Shown here: positions 8,955-17,697 of the stretch, piece by piece
How the letters are laid out: each line of letters begins with the position of its first letter
Numbering within the stretch: position 1 is the first letter of the stretch
NCBI RefSeq assembly: GCF_049243625.1
Contig: NZ_CP046975.1
Strand: one strand, 5' to 3'
Source of the DNA: Corynebacterium amycolatum
GTDB taxonomy: Bacteria > Actinomycetota > Actinomycetes > Mycobacteriales > Mycobacteriaceae
DNA: 32,000 nucleotides
The notes under the pieces: generated by a model
Told to the model about the DNA's origin: nothing
What the model saw: only the letters and a program-made list of their open reading frames with translations
Databases searched by the model: none
Made by a program: the position numbers and the translations under genes

Positions 8955-9668
8955 TTAGAGCGCCGCTTCCGCTCCTGAGGCGACCAGCAGCGCGCCGAGG
9001 ACGAGGAAGATTACACCGGCGACAGTGTCAATCCACGGCCCTGCCAGCACCATTCGCTTGACGACGGCATCCGTCGACACCACGATTGCGATAAATAGGA
9101 AGAAAGCGATTTGGGAGACGATTAGCACCAGTGTACAAAGCACGAGCGTCCCCACAGATGCGCCCGCGGGAATGAACTGTGAAAGCACTGCGGTGAGGAA
9201 GAGAACAATCTTCGGGTTCGACATGTTGGTGAAAAAGCCCTGGCGGAACGTCGCCTTCGGCGACCGGAGCGCCTCGCTTCCCAGGGCTGGTGCGGCACCG
9301 GCGCGCAGTTCGCGGAGGGTATTGATGCCTGCCTTGGCCATACTGATGCCCATGTAAATGAGATAACAGCCACCGACAAGTTGAATTACGCCCATCAGCA
9401 AAGGATTGGCGGTAATGACGGCTGCGAACCCAAAAACTGTGAGGGTCATCCAGATTGTGGCGCCAGTACTGATACCCGCGACTGCCGCGATGGCGTGCCT
9501 TCGGGATTTGGTGGCAAGGCGCAGGACTAAGAAGACGTCAGGCCCTGGTGAGGCCATACCAATAATGTGGACGCCCAGCAGGCTAAGTAGTGCAGTCCAG
9601 GTCAAGACTCGTGTCCTCGGGTAGCGAACAAATACCGGACTATTGTAGTGCTTAAAACTCTTGAGCAA
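8955..9668 (-). CDS. LysE/RhtB-family amino-acid exporter
   Basis: 237 aa, about six hydrophobic helices, family hallmark [12 protein letters not shown] near the N-terminus. The start is uncertain: ATG at 9668, or an in-frame TTG at 9605 that gives a more typical length. Lies 47 bp upstream of serS on the same strand. Confidence 0.8.
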   Translation of the reverse strand: MLKSFKHYNSPVFVRYPRTRVLTWTALLSLLGVHIIGMASPGPDVFLVLRLATKSRRHAIAAVAGISTGATIWMTLTVFGFAAVITANPLLMGVIQLVGGCYLIYMGISMAKAGINTLRELRAGAAPALGSEALRSPKATFRQGFFTNMSNPKIVLFLTAVLSQFIPAGASVGTLVLCTLVLIVSQIAFFLFIAIVVSTDAVVKRMVLAGPWIDTVAGVIFLVLGALLVASGAEAAL

Positions 9669-9799
9669 ACTCGGACCGCAAACTCGGACAGAGCGTCAAT
9701 GGCAGAGCTCCTTGCCACGACATCGACGCTCATGGGGACGTTGTCGCTTTTAGCGTTACCTTGTCCACAGGCTCATTGGCGGTGCACAATGGGGTCACT

Positions 9800-11050
9800 A
9801 TGGCTGATGACAATATGAACCAGGATCGCGAGCACGCTGCCGCCACAGACACTGACTCCGGTGCAGGTACTGGCGCAGATGCCAGCGCTGGTGCATCCTC
9901 CGTAGCCAGCAACGATGCCAACGCTTCGAATAACTCGCGTGGAAGCTGGGGAATGCGCGCTTTGTCGACGGCAATGCTGGTCGGCGCCGCGGGGATGGCA
10001 TTCGCGCTGCAAGCGGGAGTCATCGAGCCACCGAGTGGGCCACTTGGGGGCAAGGGTTCGTCGGCAAGCGCGTCATCGTCGACAACGACCATCGTCGACA
10101 AGGAGACGACGGCGTTCACCAGTGCAACCGCGGGCAACTGTCTGGACTGGAACCTGGCAGAAGATTTGAATGTTTCTGACTTCCGCGTCGTGCCCTGTGA
10201 GCAGCCGCACGCTTATGAGGTGGCCAAGAAACTGAATCTCGCCGATTACGAGGAACATCCGGGGCAATACGCCAAAACTGCCAACTACCCGACAGCAGAC
10301 AATTTGGTGGCTCTGCAAAATGGCGTGTGTCGCAACACTGTGACTGAATACCTGGGCGGCCAGTACGATCCAGACGGTCGATTTATCACGGCACCGATCA
10401 TTCCTTCGCCTAGCCAGTGGGAAAAGGGTGACCGAACCTTCCTGTGCGGTATCCAGGTCGTCGATGAAGACGGCAACACGGCGCACATGTCCGGTCCTGC
10501 GGCCGGGCAGGACCAGTCCCGCGTGTTCGAGGGCGGCCGCTGCGTGACATTGGACGAAAACGGCGCCATCCGCCAGGTGCCGTGCGTGGAAGATCACCTG
10601 ATGGAGTCGACGGGAATTGTCAATCTCCGCGACCACTTCGGTGACAATGTCCCCACTGACCAGGAGCAAAATGATGTGCTCGCAGAGCAGTGTGTGACTC
10701 TGGCGCAGAATTACCTCGGTGGCGACGACCCGCTGTACAACTCAACGCTGCTGCCATTTTGGACGTCACTGTCGCAGGAGTCGCTCAATGCTGGCTCGCG
10801 CAGTGTGAACTGCTGGTTGATTAAGGACAATGGCCAGGGCGGGTTCGCCACTCTCAATGGCCACGCTAACGAGTCCTTCACTATCGACGGCCAGCCGCCC
10901 GTGGCTCCGCCACCGCGCAATCCGCTGCGGGAGGAGCAGGGTGACGCTGGCGCTGGCGCTGGCACAGGTGACGTCGGTGAGGTCGGTGCCGACGGTACTG
11001 GCGCAGGAGCAGGCGCTGCGGATAACGCAGTCGCTCCCGCCGGACAGTAG
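9800..11050 (+). CDS. Membrane-anchored septum-formation-family protein with low-complexity termini
   Basis: Single TM (MRALSTAMLVGAAGMAFAL), then a Cys-containing extracytoplasmic region (CLDWN ... VPCEQPHAYEV ... FLCG ... CVTL ... VPCVEDH ... VNCW) typical of actinobacterial septum-formation domains. G/A/D-rich tails. The ORF track starts at TTG 9761; ATG 9800 is preferred. Confidence 0.7.
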   Translation: MADDNMNQDREHAAATDTDSGAGTGADASAGASSVASNDANASNNSRGSWGMRALSTAMLVGAAGMAFALQAGVIEPPSGPLGGKGSSASASSSTTTIVDKETTAFTSATAGNCLDWNLAEDLNVSDFRVVPCEQPHAYEVAKKLNLADYEEHPGQYAKTANYPTADNLVALQNGVCRNTVTEYLGGQYDPDGRFITAPIIPSPSQWEKGDRTFLCGIQVVDEDGNTAHMSGPAAGQDQSRVFEGGRCVTLDENGAIRQVPCVEDHLMESTGIVNLRDHFGDNVPTDQEQNDVLAEQCVTLAQNYLGGDDPLYNSTLLPFWTSLSQESLNAGSRSVNCWLIKDNGQGGFATLNGHANESFTIDGQPPVAPPPRNPLREEQGDAGAGAGTGDVGEVGADGTGAGAGAADNAVAPAGQ

Positions 11051-11097
11051 AACAATCGGCCAGTAAAACAAGAGGACATTGCGAGGCAGCACCATAA

Positions 11098-11442
11098 ATG
11101 GTTGACGTTAGCCCGGAGCGGTTCGATGCACTTGTCGATGAGGCCATCGACCGCATCCCCACGCAGTTTCTCGACCAGCTCGATCAGGTCATCATCCAGG
11201 TCCACCCGTATAACCTCGACGAGCCCACACTGCTGGGCCTCTACGAGGGGATACCTCTGACCGAGCGTTCTAACAACCACTGGGGTCCACCTGACCAAAT
11301 CAGCCTGTATCGCGACATGCTCTGCCGCATCAGCCGCACCGAAGAGGAGCTGGTGGAGCAGATTCGGGTCACTCTCCTGCATGAAATCGGGCATTATTTC
11401 GGCCTCGAGGAGGAGGATTTGGACCGACTCGGCTACGGGTAA
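11098..11442 (+). CDS. Small zincin-like metallopeptidase-family protein (DUF1025-type)
   Basis: 114 aa with an HEIGHYFG (HExxH) motif near the C-terminus. Size and layout are typical of this family. Confidence 0.85.
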   Translation: MVDVSPERFDALVDEAIDRIPTQFLDQLDQVIIQVHPYNLDEPTLLGLYEGIPLTERSNNHWGPPDQISLYRDMLCRISRTEEELVEQIRVTLLHEIGHYFGLEEEDLDRLGYG

Positions 11443-11520
11443 TTTTGTCCCGCCGTGCACGGTCTCGTTCCTCTCGCGATGCTGTCCCCTCCCCTCTTCT
11501 TCCCTGTAACCTTAATAACC

Positions 11521-12066
11521 ATGAGCGACAACTCGAGCGAGAAGCCAGAAATCAGGGTCGGCGACAGGGAGCGCAACGCTGCCATGGAGCGTCTCGGCAA
11601 TCATTTCGCTGATGGCTACTTGGATGTCGATGAGTTCTCCAAACGCGCCGAAAGTGCTGCTTCCGCTAAAACTCGGGCAGAACTGCAAACTCTCTTCGCG
11701 GACCTGCCCGCTGAGGTCTCCCCCGAGAGTTCACAGGGCACCCCGGCTAATCCGCAGCATCAAAGTGTCGATCAAGAGCTGCAAAACCTGATGAAAAAGG
11801 GCCGCCAGCTCAACATTGTTGATTCTGCTGCAGGCGTTATCGTATGTGTCACTATCGTTCTGATGTTTTTCACCAATATCGATAACGCGTGGCTCGGCTT
11901 CATCGTCGCTGCGGCCGTTGCCCTTATCGGGCGCGCCGCCTTGAACATCAATGATGACGAAGAAGAGCTCCTCAACGAAATCAACGAAGAGGAATCCAAG
12001 CGTCGCACAGAACGCCTACGCCTGGCAGCTCAGAAGCGCCGCGAGATTCAGGAGGGCCAGCAGTAA
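11521..12066 (+). CDS. DUF1707 domain membrane protein
   Basis: N-terminal RVGDRERNAAMERLGNHFADGYLDVDEFSKRAESAASAKTRAELQTLFADLP matches the DUF1707 pattern, which normally sits at the extreme N-terminus. I therefore prefer ATG 11521 over the track's GTG 11455. Two hydrophobic helices and an acidic/basic tail follow. Confidence 0.75.
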   Translation: MSDNSSEKPEIRVGDRERNAAMERLGNHFADGYLDVDEFSKRAESAASAKTRAELQTLFADLPAEVSPESSQGTPANPQHQSVDQELQNLMKKGRQLNIVDSAAGVIVCVTIVLMFFTNIDNAWLGFIVAAAVALIGRAALNINDDEEELLNEINEEESKRRTERLRLAAQKRREIQEGQQ

Positions 12067-12100
12067 CGGTCAGCAGTAACGGTCGCCGTTTCGCTCCCTT

Positions 12101-12892
12101 CTAGGGCAACTCGCTGTCGCCCCAGCGACGCACATCCCACGCGCCCGGTTCAATGCCAGCACGCTTGCCGACGGCCACTGCGTTCGGAACCAGCTCAATT
12201 CGCTCGGTATTGGCAATGCGGTGTCGCAGTGCGTATTCCGGATCCACCCCGGTCAGATACTGCCCAATCAGACGAATAGCCGCGCCGTGGCTGACAATGA
12301 CGACATCCTTGCTGCTGGCCTCCCTGGACTCCTTGGATTCACCACCTGTCGCTCCTGCCTGCTCCAGCAGCTGCTGTAGCGTCGGCAGGTACCGATTCAG
12401 CACGTCAGCACCGGATTCACCGCCGGGAAGGCGGTACTCCAGCTCTCCATTGAGCCACTGATAGAAGGCGCGCATGTACTCCATGTGCGCATCGCGATCA
12501 TTGCGCCCCTCAAGATCGCCGGCCTGAATCTCGTGGAGACCACCCTCATGGCGGATGCGAACGGAAGTCTCTCCCAGGTGGTGCAGACTCGCGACCGCGC
12601 CTGCACCAGTTTGGCGTGCACGCAGGGCATGGGATGTGACAATGTCACCGATTCTGTGGACGTCGGGAAGCAAAAGACGTCCCAGACTGCGCGCCTGCCT
12701 CACACCGAGGTCGGTGAGCGGTGCGCCCGGCAATGCGGTATCCAGGCGGCGGTTGATGTTGCCGGTGGTCTGCCCGTGGCGGATGAAAATGATGCGCTGG
12801 GAATCAACCGGCATGACAGATTCAGGGCGGTCTGGGCGGTCATCGAGGAAAGGCAGCTGTCCAACTGGATTTTCGGGCGCGGTGGGTGTCAT
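12101..12892 (-). CDS. Histidine phosphatase (phosphoglycerate mutase) family protein
   Basis: 263 aa. Catalytic RHG motif in IIFIRHGQTTGN and a second His in VVIVSHGAAIR. Starts 3 nt after the pheA stop, so it is probably co-transcribed. Confidence 0.88.
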   Translation of the reverse strand: MTPTAPENPVGQLPFLDDRPDRPESVMPVDSQRIIFIRHGQTTGNINRRLDTALPGAPLTDLGVRQARSLGRLLLPDVHRIGDIVTSHALRARQTGAGAVASLHHLGETSVRIRHEGGLHEIQAGDLEGRNDRDAHMEYMRAFYQWLNGELEYRLPGGESGADVLNRYLPTLQQLLEQAGATGGESKESREASSKDVVIVSHGAAIRLIGQYLTGVDPEYALRHRIANTERIELVPNAVAVGKRAGIEPGAWDVRRWGDSELP

Positions 12893-12895
12893 GTT

Positions 12896-13831
12896 TTACC
12901 TTCGTCCTTCCTTGAGCGCGTCGACCCATTCAATTGACTGGGAGATATCCGGCGGCGGGGTCATAATGCTGCGGCGACCGCCCTCAGCAACCGGCCAAGA
13001 TCCCAGATACCGCAGGTCTTCGGCGTATTCGTGCAGTGCCGCGAGAGCCGCCGCAACCTGTGCATCATAAACGTGGCCGTTGCAGTCGATGTAGAAGCGG
13101 TAGAGGCCGAAGAGCTCGCGTGTCGGCCGCGACTCGATGCGGGTGAGGTTGACCTGTCGCACTGCGAACTCATTCATGGCGCGCATCAGTGTGCCGGGCT
13201 GGTTCGGCAGCGTGAAGGAGACCGAGGTGCGGTCGGCGCCGGTGCGCGGCGTCGGCACACCAGGGCGCCCCACCAGCAGGAAACGGGTTCGGGCACCGCG
13301 CACGTCGGCGACCTCAGTGGCCAGCGCCTCAAGTCCGAGCAGCTCACCCGCGCGGGCCGGGGCAGCGCAAGCGTCGTGGGTACCCTCGGCGACCTGGTGA
13401 GCCGCCGCCGCATTGGAGCTGGCCTGATGAACTTCCACGCCCGGAAGGTTGGCATCCACCCACTGTTTGACCTGCGGATACGCCACAGGATGTGTCGTAA
13501 AAGTACGCACCTGTTCCGCCGTCGTACCGGGACGGACCAGGATAGAGAAGACCACCCCGACCTCGGTTTCACGGAAAACCTGCAGCTCCGGCCCAGCAGC
13601 GAGGGCATCAAAAGTTGGTGTGACGGGACCGTCCACGCTGCTTTCGATAGCCACGCAGGCGAAGTCCGCTTCCCCTCGGCGCACGGCTCCAAGCGCGGCC
13701 GCGGGACTATCCACCGGCACGGCATTGACCGCGGATTCCCCTGCAGGATCAATCTCGCCAGCACGCGCCATGTCCCACAGCGCCTGCTCGGTGAATGTGC
13801 CCGCTGGACCCAAATAAGTAACCGTCGTCAT
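12896..13831 (-). CDS. pheA: Prephenate dehydratase
   Basis: 311 aa. N-terminal VTYLGPAGTFTEQA, a TRF motif (ARTRFLLV) and a C-terminal ACT domain with the ESRP motif (LTRIESRPT). Confidence 0.95.
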   Translation of the reverse strand: MTTVTYLGPAGTFTEQALWDMARAGEIDPAGESAVNAVPVDSPAAALGAVRRGEADFACVAIESSVDGPVTPTFDALAAGPELQVFRETEVGVVFSILVRPGTTAEQVRTFTTHPVAYPQVKQWVDANLPGVEVHQASSNAAAAHQVAEGTHDACAAPARAGELLGLEALATEVADVRGARTRFLLVGRPGVPTPRTGADRTSVSFTLPNQPGTLMRAMNEFAVRQVNLTRIESRPTRELFGLYRFYIDCNGHVYDAQVAAALAALHEYAEDLRYLGSWPVAEGGRRSIMTPPPDISQSIEWVDALKEGRR

Positions 13832-13864
13832 AAGCTCAGATTAGAGGGCTTCTACACTTATTGC

Positions 13865-15253
13865 ATGACCTTTTCTTCCGAGATGCCCGCCCGCGCCCTC
13901 ACTGAAGCCGTGCGCAGTGGCGCAATCTCGGTATCGGAGATCGTTTCGGAATTCGCCACGCTTGCCGACGACGCCGCGGCCAATCCCGCCCGTTTCGGTA
14001 TTGCCACGTCCTTGGCCGAGCACGCTGTCGACCGCGCACGCAGCCTCACTGCCCAATCAGAGGCCGCCCGGCGCGCTAGCCACGGCCTCCCGCGTGACCT
14101 CCTGGGACTGCCAGTGGCGATCAAAGACCTATTCACCATCGCCGGTGTCAAATGCACGATGGGCTCCGCCAACTTGGCTTTCACCGCCACCGAAACCTCG
14201 GAACCCGTGGCGAAACTTCTGGCTCGCGGCGCCATCCTCACGTCGACTACACACACCTCCGAGGTTGGGATGACGGCCTACACCGAGCCGATTGGCTACC
14301 CGGCTCCGGAAAACCCCTATTTCGCCGTGCCCGATCAGCTGTCCAATCAACCGGATACCACGCCACGCACTCCCGGTGGTTCCTCGGGTGGCAGCGCGGT
14401 GGCTGTCGCAACTGGTGTCGTTCCCGCAGCTCTGGGCTCTGACGGTGGCGGTTCCATCCGCGTGCCTGCCGCCTGCTGTGGCCTCGTTGGGTTGAAGCCA
14501 GCACACGATATTGCGGGTGGAAATCTCTCCACGCCTGCCTTTCTCACTCGCACAGTCGATGACGCAGCGCTACTGGCCGGGGTGCCCTTTCCCGCAACCT
14601 CGCATGTTTTCCGACGGTCCCAGCGCCCCCTTCGCATCGGTGTCACTATCAGCCCTTTTCATGCTGAGGTGGACGTCGATAAGCGCTGGGCAAACGGTGC
14701 GTGGGCGGCGGCTGACCGTCTTGCCGACGCCGGGTATGAGGTGGTGGAAGTGCCCAGCCCCTATGACCCGGCAGGTCCGGACGTGTTCGAGATCTTTCGA
14801 CGGACCATCACGCGAATGTCCACGAAATTACCGCGCGCGGACTACTCCGAGATCGTGCAGTGGATTCGCGCCTGTGGCCAGGAGATTTCCGCAACTGAGG
14901 CGGCGGCGACACATCAGCAGCGGATGGCTCTGCCCGGCGCGATTCGATCGCGTTGGGAAGTCGATGCGGTGATTACGCCAACGCTGGCGTTTGATCCGCC
15001 ACGTATTGGGCATTTCTCTGCGTTGGCGCCGTGGGAGGACTTTGACGAGCAAACCCGGTGGACACCGTGGTTGTCGCTGTGGAATCTGACTGGGTGGGCA
15101 AGCGTGTCCATGCCAATTGCTGTGCCGGGCACAAGCGGCAGCACACCCAATGCGAAGCTCCCCGCCACCAGCGTCAACATCGGTGCGGTGCACTGCGGTG
15201 AGGCAGAGCTACTGGAGATCGCTAGCGTGCTGGAGGCTGCTAACGCCAGCTAA
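13865..15253 (+). CDS. Amidase-signature family enzyme
   Basis: Amidase signature GGSSGGSAVAVA and catalytic Lys context VAIKDLF. The track ORF begins at 13031, but 13031-13831 is antisense to pheA. The first plausible start is ATG 13865 (MTFSSEMPARALTEAVRSGAIS). Confidence 0.88.
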   Translation: MTFSSEMPARALTEAVRSGAISVSEIVSEFATLADDAAANPARFGIATSLAEHAVDRARSLTAQSEAARRASHGLPRDLLGLPVAIKDLFTIAGVKCTMGSANLAFTATETSEPVAKLLARGAILTSTTHTSEVGMTAYTEPIGYPAPENPYFAVPDQLSNQPDTTPRTPGGSSGGSAVAVATGVVPAALGSDGGGSIRVPAACCGLVGLKPAHDIAGGNLSTPAFLTRTVDDAALLAGVPFPATSHVFRRSQRPLRIGVTISPFHAEVDVDKRWANGAWAAADRLADAGYEVVEVPSPYDPAGPDVFEIFRRTITRMSTKLPRADYSEIVQWIRACGQEISATEAAATHQQRMALPGAIRSRWEVDAVITPTLAFDPPRIGHFSALAPWEDFDEQTRWTPWLSLWNLTGWASVSMPIAVPGTSGSTPNAKLPATSVNIGAVHCGEAELLEIASVLEAANAS

Positions 15254-16101
15254 CGCACGTACTTCGCTGCCATTGCCGCTGCCTGTCCGGCGTATCCGCC
15301 ACCAAATAGCACCGCGTGCATGAGCACCGCGTAGAGCTGGTGGAGTTCGCAGCTCTCGGCGAAATCCGGCAGGGGATGTACAGATTCGTAGCCACGCAAG
15401 ATCTCATCGAAGTGCGTTGCCCCGAATAGCGCCAGCAGTGCCAGATCTTCCTCGCGGGCTCCGCCGTGTGCCGCGGGGTCAATCAAGATCGCGCCGTCTG
15501 CATCCCACATGAGGTTTCCCCACCACAGGTCACCGTGGACACGCGCGGCGTCTGGCTCGTTGTCGAAATCTCCAGCCAAGAGCCGATCAATGAGCTGGTC
15601 AAAGATATCTAGCTGACGGTTATTGTAGGAGTTTTCCAACTTTCCCAGCGCAGGCAGAAGACGTCCTTTCGCCCAGTATTCACCGAAGCTCTCCCGTGGA
15701 GTCAGGTCCATCTGTAGTGGCTGATCCAGCGGACCGAAGTAGCCGTGCCCCTCCCACTCATCGGGGCCGGCACCCCAGCCAGCGGCGCCCAGATTGTGGG
15801 TAATAGCCAACGATTTTCCAAACTCGTACGCTGCCTGTGGATTCGGCGCCATCGACTCAATTCGACGCAATTTCAGCGCATGCCCGCTCACGCCCAGCAC
15901 ATCCACGACGCGCGCACCACCGTCAGATTCGCCCTCGCGCAGCCAGTCCAGCCCCGCCGCCTCACAGGCGAAGAACCCTCGAGGGACACCATGTCGGCTC
16001 TTGACATAAACATCCGACTCGTTGACTGCGCATTCGTAGTTCTGGTTCATTGCGGACATATTTCCAGCATATTCTTCTTCGGTCCCAAACCCTTTCAGCA
16101 C
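15250..16101 (-). CDS. Fructosamine/ketosamine kinase-family phosphotransferase
   Basis: Kinase motifs HGDLWWGNLMWD and ILIDPAAHGG. The start is uncertain (GTG 16101; ATG 16059 or 16050 are alternatives). Its stop overlaps the amidase stop. Confidence 0.82.
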   Translation of the reverse strand: MLKGFGTEEEYAGNMSAMNQNYECAVNESDVYVKSRHGVPRGFFACEAAGLDWLREGESDGGARVVDVLGVSGHALKLRRIESMAPNPQAAYEFGKSLAITHNLGAAGWGAGPDEWEGHGYFGPLDQPLQMDLTPRESFGEYWAKGRLLPALGKLENSYNNRQLDIFDQLIDRLLAGDFDNEPDAARVHGDLWWGNLMWDADGAILIDPAAHGGAREEDLALLALFGATHFDEILRGYESVHPLPDFAESCELHQLYAVLMHAVLFGGGYAGQAAAMAAKYVR

Positions 16102-16190
16102 GTCGCATGCAGGGTAACGCCAGCGCTACCACTACTTGTATTGCTGTGTCGGTTCTCTTAGTGCACTGTCGTTGCCTATTCTTAATTGGT

Positions 16191-17594
16191 ATGGAAGGCA
16201 ACTTCGACGACTCGCGCATTGCCCGCGACCGATACGGCAGACCGCTCAAAGATCGCTATGGTCGCCCCATCTACCGCCGTGTGGACGAGGCGTCGCCGAA
16301 GCATGCTCGCCCCCGTGAGGCCGATTCGCGTGGCGCTTCACGACGCCCCATCCCTCCCCGCCCTGACCGCCGTTCTCGGGCAGGGGCAGCCCGCCCAGCG
16401 CCTATGCCTCCACGCAGGTCTAGGCCGCAACCAGAACGTCGGCAGGCGCCACTGAACGAAACGCGCATTGAGTCCCGTCCACCGATGAACCGGACCGGTA
16501 GCGGACGCGCTGGCAGCGATCCGCGGTTTCCTCCACCCGGCTATAACCCGGATGCGGATTTCCAATCTTCCTCGCAGGGTTCGTCGCAGGACTACTACAG
16601 TGCCCCACAAGCAGCGAGTTCTGGCCGTGGTGGACGCCGCAGCAGTCGTGGCGGAGCCGGTGCCAGGTCGAGCTTCCACACGCGACGCATGCGGCTGCCA
16701 CGCTTGCGCTTTAAATCCATCATCCTGGTTGTCGTCATCTTCCTTGTCGCCACGATGGCACTTGTCGACATCCGCCTGACCAGGGTCGACGCGTTCTCAG
16801 GTCTGACAAATCGCCCTGCCAATACGATGTCCTCCAACTGGTTGCTCGTCGGTTCGGACTCTCGTACGGGCTTGTCAGAGGAAGATGCCGCCAAGCTGTC
16901 GACGGGCAGTGGTGATTTCGGCCAGCGCACAGACACCATCATGATTGCCCACATTCCGGTGTTCGGTAAGCCGAAGTTGGTCAGTATCCCGCGTGACTCC
17001 TTCGTGGATATCCCGGGCAATGACAAAAACAAGATCAATGCGGCATTCGCATTTGGTGGCCCCCAGTTGCTCATCGACACCGTAGAGAAAAACACTGGGA
17101 TTCACATCGACCACTACGCCGAAATTGGCTTTGGCGGTTTCGCCGGTGTCGTCGACGCTGTCGGTGGCATCGAAATGTGCCCTGAAGAAGCCATCGACGA
17201 CCCGCTGGCAGGCCTGAATATTCAGGCCGGTTGCCAGAAATTCGATGGCGCGAGTGCCCTGGGTTACGTGCGCACGCGTGCTACCGCCCAGGGAGACTTG
17301 GACCGCGTAGAGCGGCAGCGTGAATTCATGAGTGCGCTGATGGGACGGCTGAAGTCACCTGCGGTATGGCTCAACCCCTACCGCTGGATTCGCCTGGCCA
17401 ATGCTGGCACTAAGGCCGTGCTCGTCGGCGATGGTGACCATGTCTGGAATCTGACCTGGCTGATGTTGCGCATGCTGTTCGGTTCCGATTCTCTTACCGT
17501 GCCCACCTCAGGCGCCATGGATACCGGTTATGCGGGCAATGTGCTGCTCTGGGACGAAATCGAAGCGCCAACACTTTTTGCGGAGCTGAGATAG
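16191..17594 (+). CDS. LytR-CpsA-Psr (LCP) family cell-wall glycopolymer ligase with a long Arg/Pro-rich cytoplasmic N-terminus
   Basis: LCP core NWLLVGSDSR ... RTDTIMIAHI ... SIPRDSFVDIPG ... NKINAAFAFGGPQLLIDTVEKNTGIHIDHY, preceded by a single TM (SIILVVVIFLVATMALV). ATG 16191 (MEGNFDDSRIARDRYGRP) is preferred over the track's TTG 16050, which would overlap the divergent kinase gene. Confidence 0.88.
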   Translation: MEGNFDDSRIARDRYGRPLKDRYGRPIYRRVDEASPKHARPREADSRGASRRPIPPRPDRRSRAGAARPAPMPPRRSRPQPERRQAPLNETRIESRPPMNRTGSGRAGSDPRFPPPGYNPDADFQSSSQGSSQDYYSAPQAASSGRGGRRSSRGGAGARSSFHTRRMRLPRLRFKSIILVVVIFLVATMALVDIRLTRVDAFSGLTNRPANTMSSNWLLVGSDSRTGLSEEDAAKLSTGSGDFGQRTDTIMIAHIPVFGKPKLVSIPRDSFVDIPGNDKNKINAAFAFGGPQLLIDTVEKNTGIHIDHYAEIGFGGFAGVVDAVGGIEMCPEEAIDDPLAGLNIQAGCQKFDGASALGYVRTRATAQGDLDRVERQREFMSALMGRLKSPAVWLNPYRWIRLANAGTKAVLVGDGDHVWNLTWLMLRMLFGSDSLTVPTSGAMDTGYAGNVLLWDEIEAPTLFAELR

Positions 17595-17636
17595 CCAAGA
17601 GAGTAGCTAAAACTGCTTCAGATAACTTAGAGACAA

Positions 17637-17679
17637 CTAACGCGTGTGGCTCAGCTTTTCGCTGAGCCACACGCGTTAG
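17637..17679. terminator. Bidirectional terminator between convergent genes
   Basis: Perfect 19-bp stem CTAACGCGTGTGGCTCAGC / GCTGAGCCACACGCGTTAG with a TTTTC loop. Sits between the LCP stop (17594) and the stop of the minus-strand gene (17698). Confidence 0.8.
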
Positions 17680-17697
17680 TTCTTAAACCAGTTCCGC

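Noticed and set aside
10946-10963. (GCTGGC)x3 hexanucleotide repeat in the 3' end of the septum-formation gene, considered as a phase-variation tract
   Set aside because: There are only three units and they are in-frame (encoding AGAGAG in a low-complexity tail). The tract is too short to argue for slipped-strand regulation.
10711-11460. 249-aa minus-strand ORF covering the metallopeptidase gene and the end of the septum-formation gene
   Set aside because: It overlaps two plus-strand genes with clear motifs (HEIGHYFG and the Cys-rich septum-formation domain) and has no motif of its own.
13031-13864. The N-terminal 278 codons of the 740-aa ORF 13031..15253, which would make a giant amidase fusion
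   Set aside because: This part is antisense to the well-supported pheA gene, is Arg/Gly-rich like a GC-rich shadow frame, and has no amidase similarity. The amidase homology starts at the ATG at 13865.
16050-16190. Upstream extension of the LCP ORF (TTG 16050 or ATG 16107)
   Set aside because: It would overlap the divergent kinase gene and encodes Cys/Leu-rich sequence unlike the rest of the protein. ATG 16191 begins a natural-looking N-terminus.
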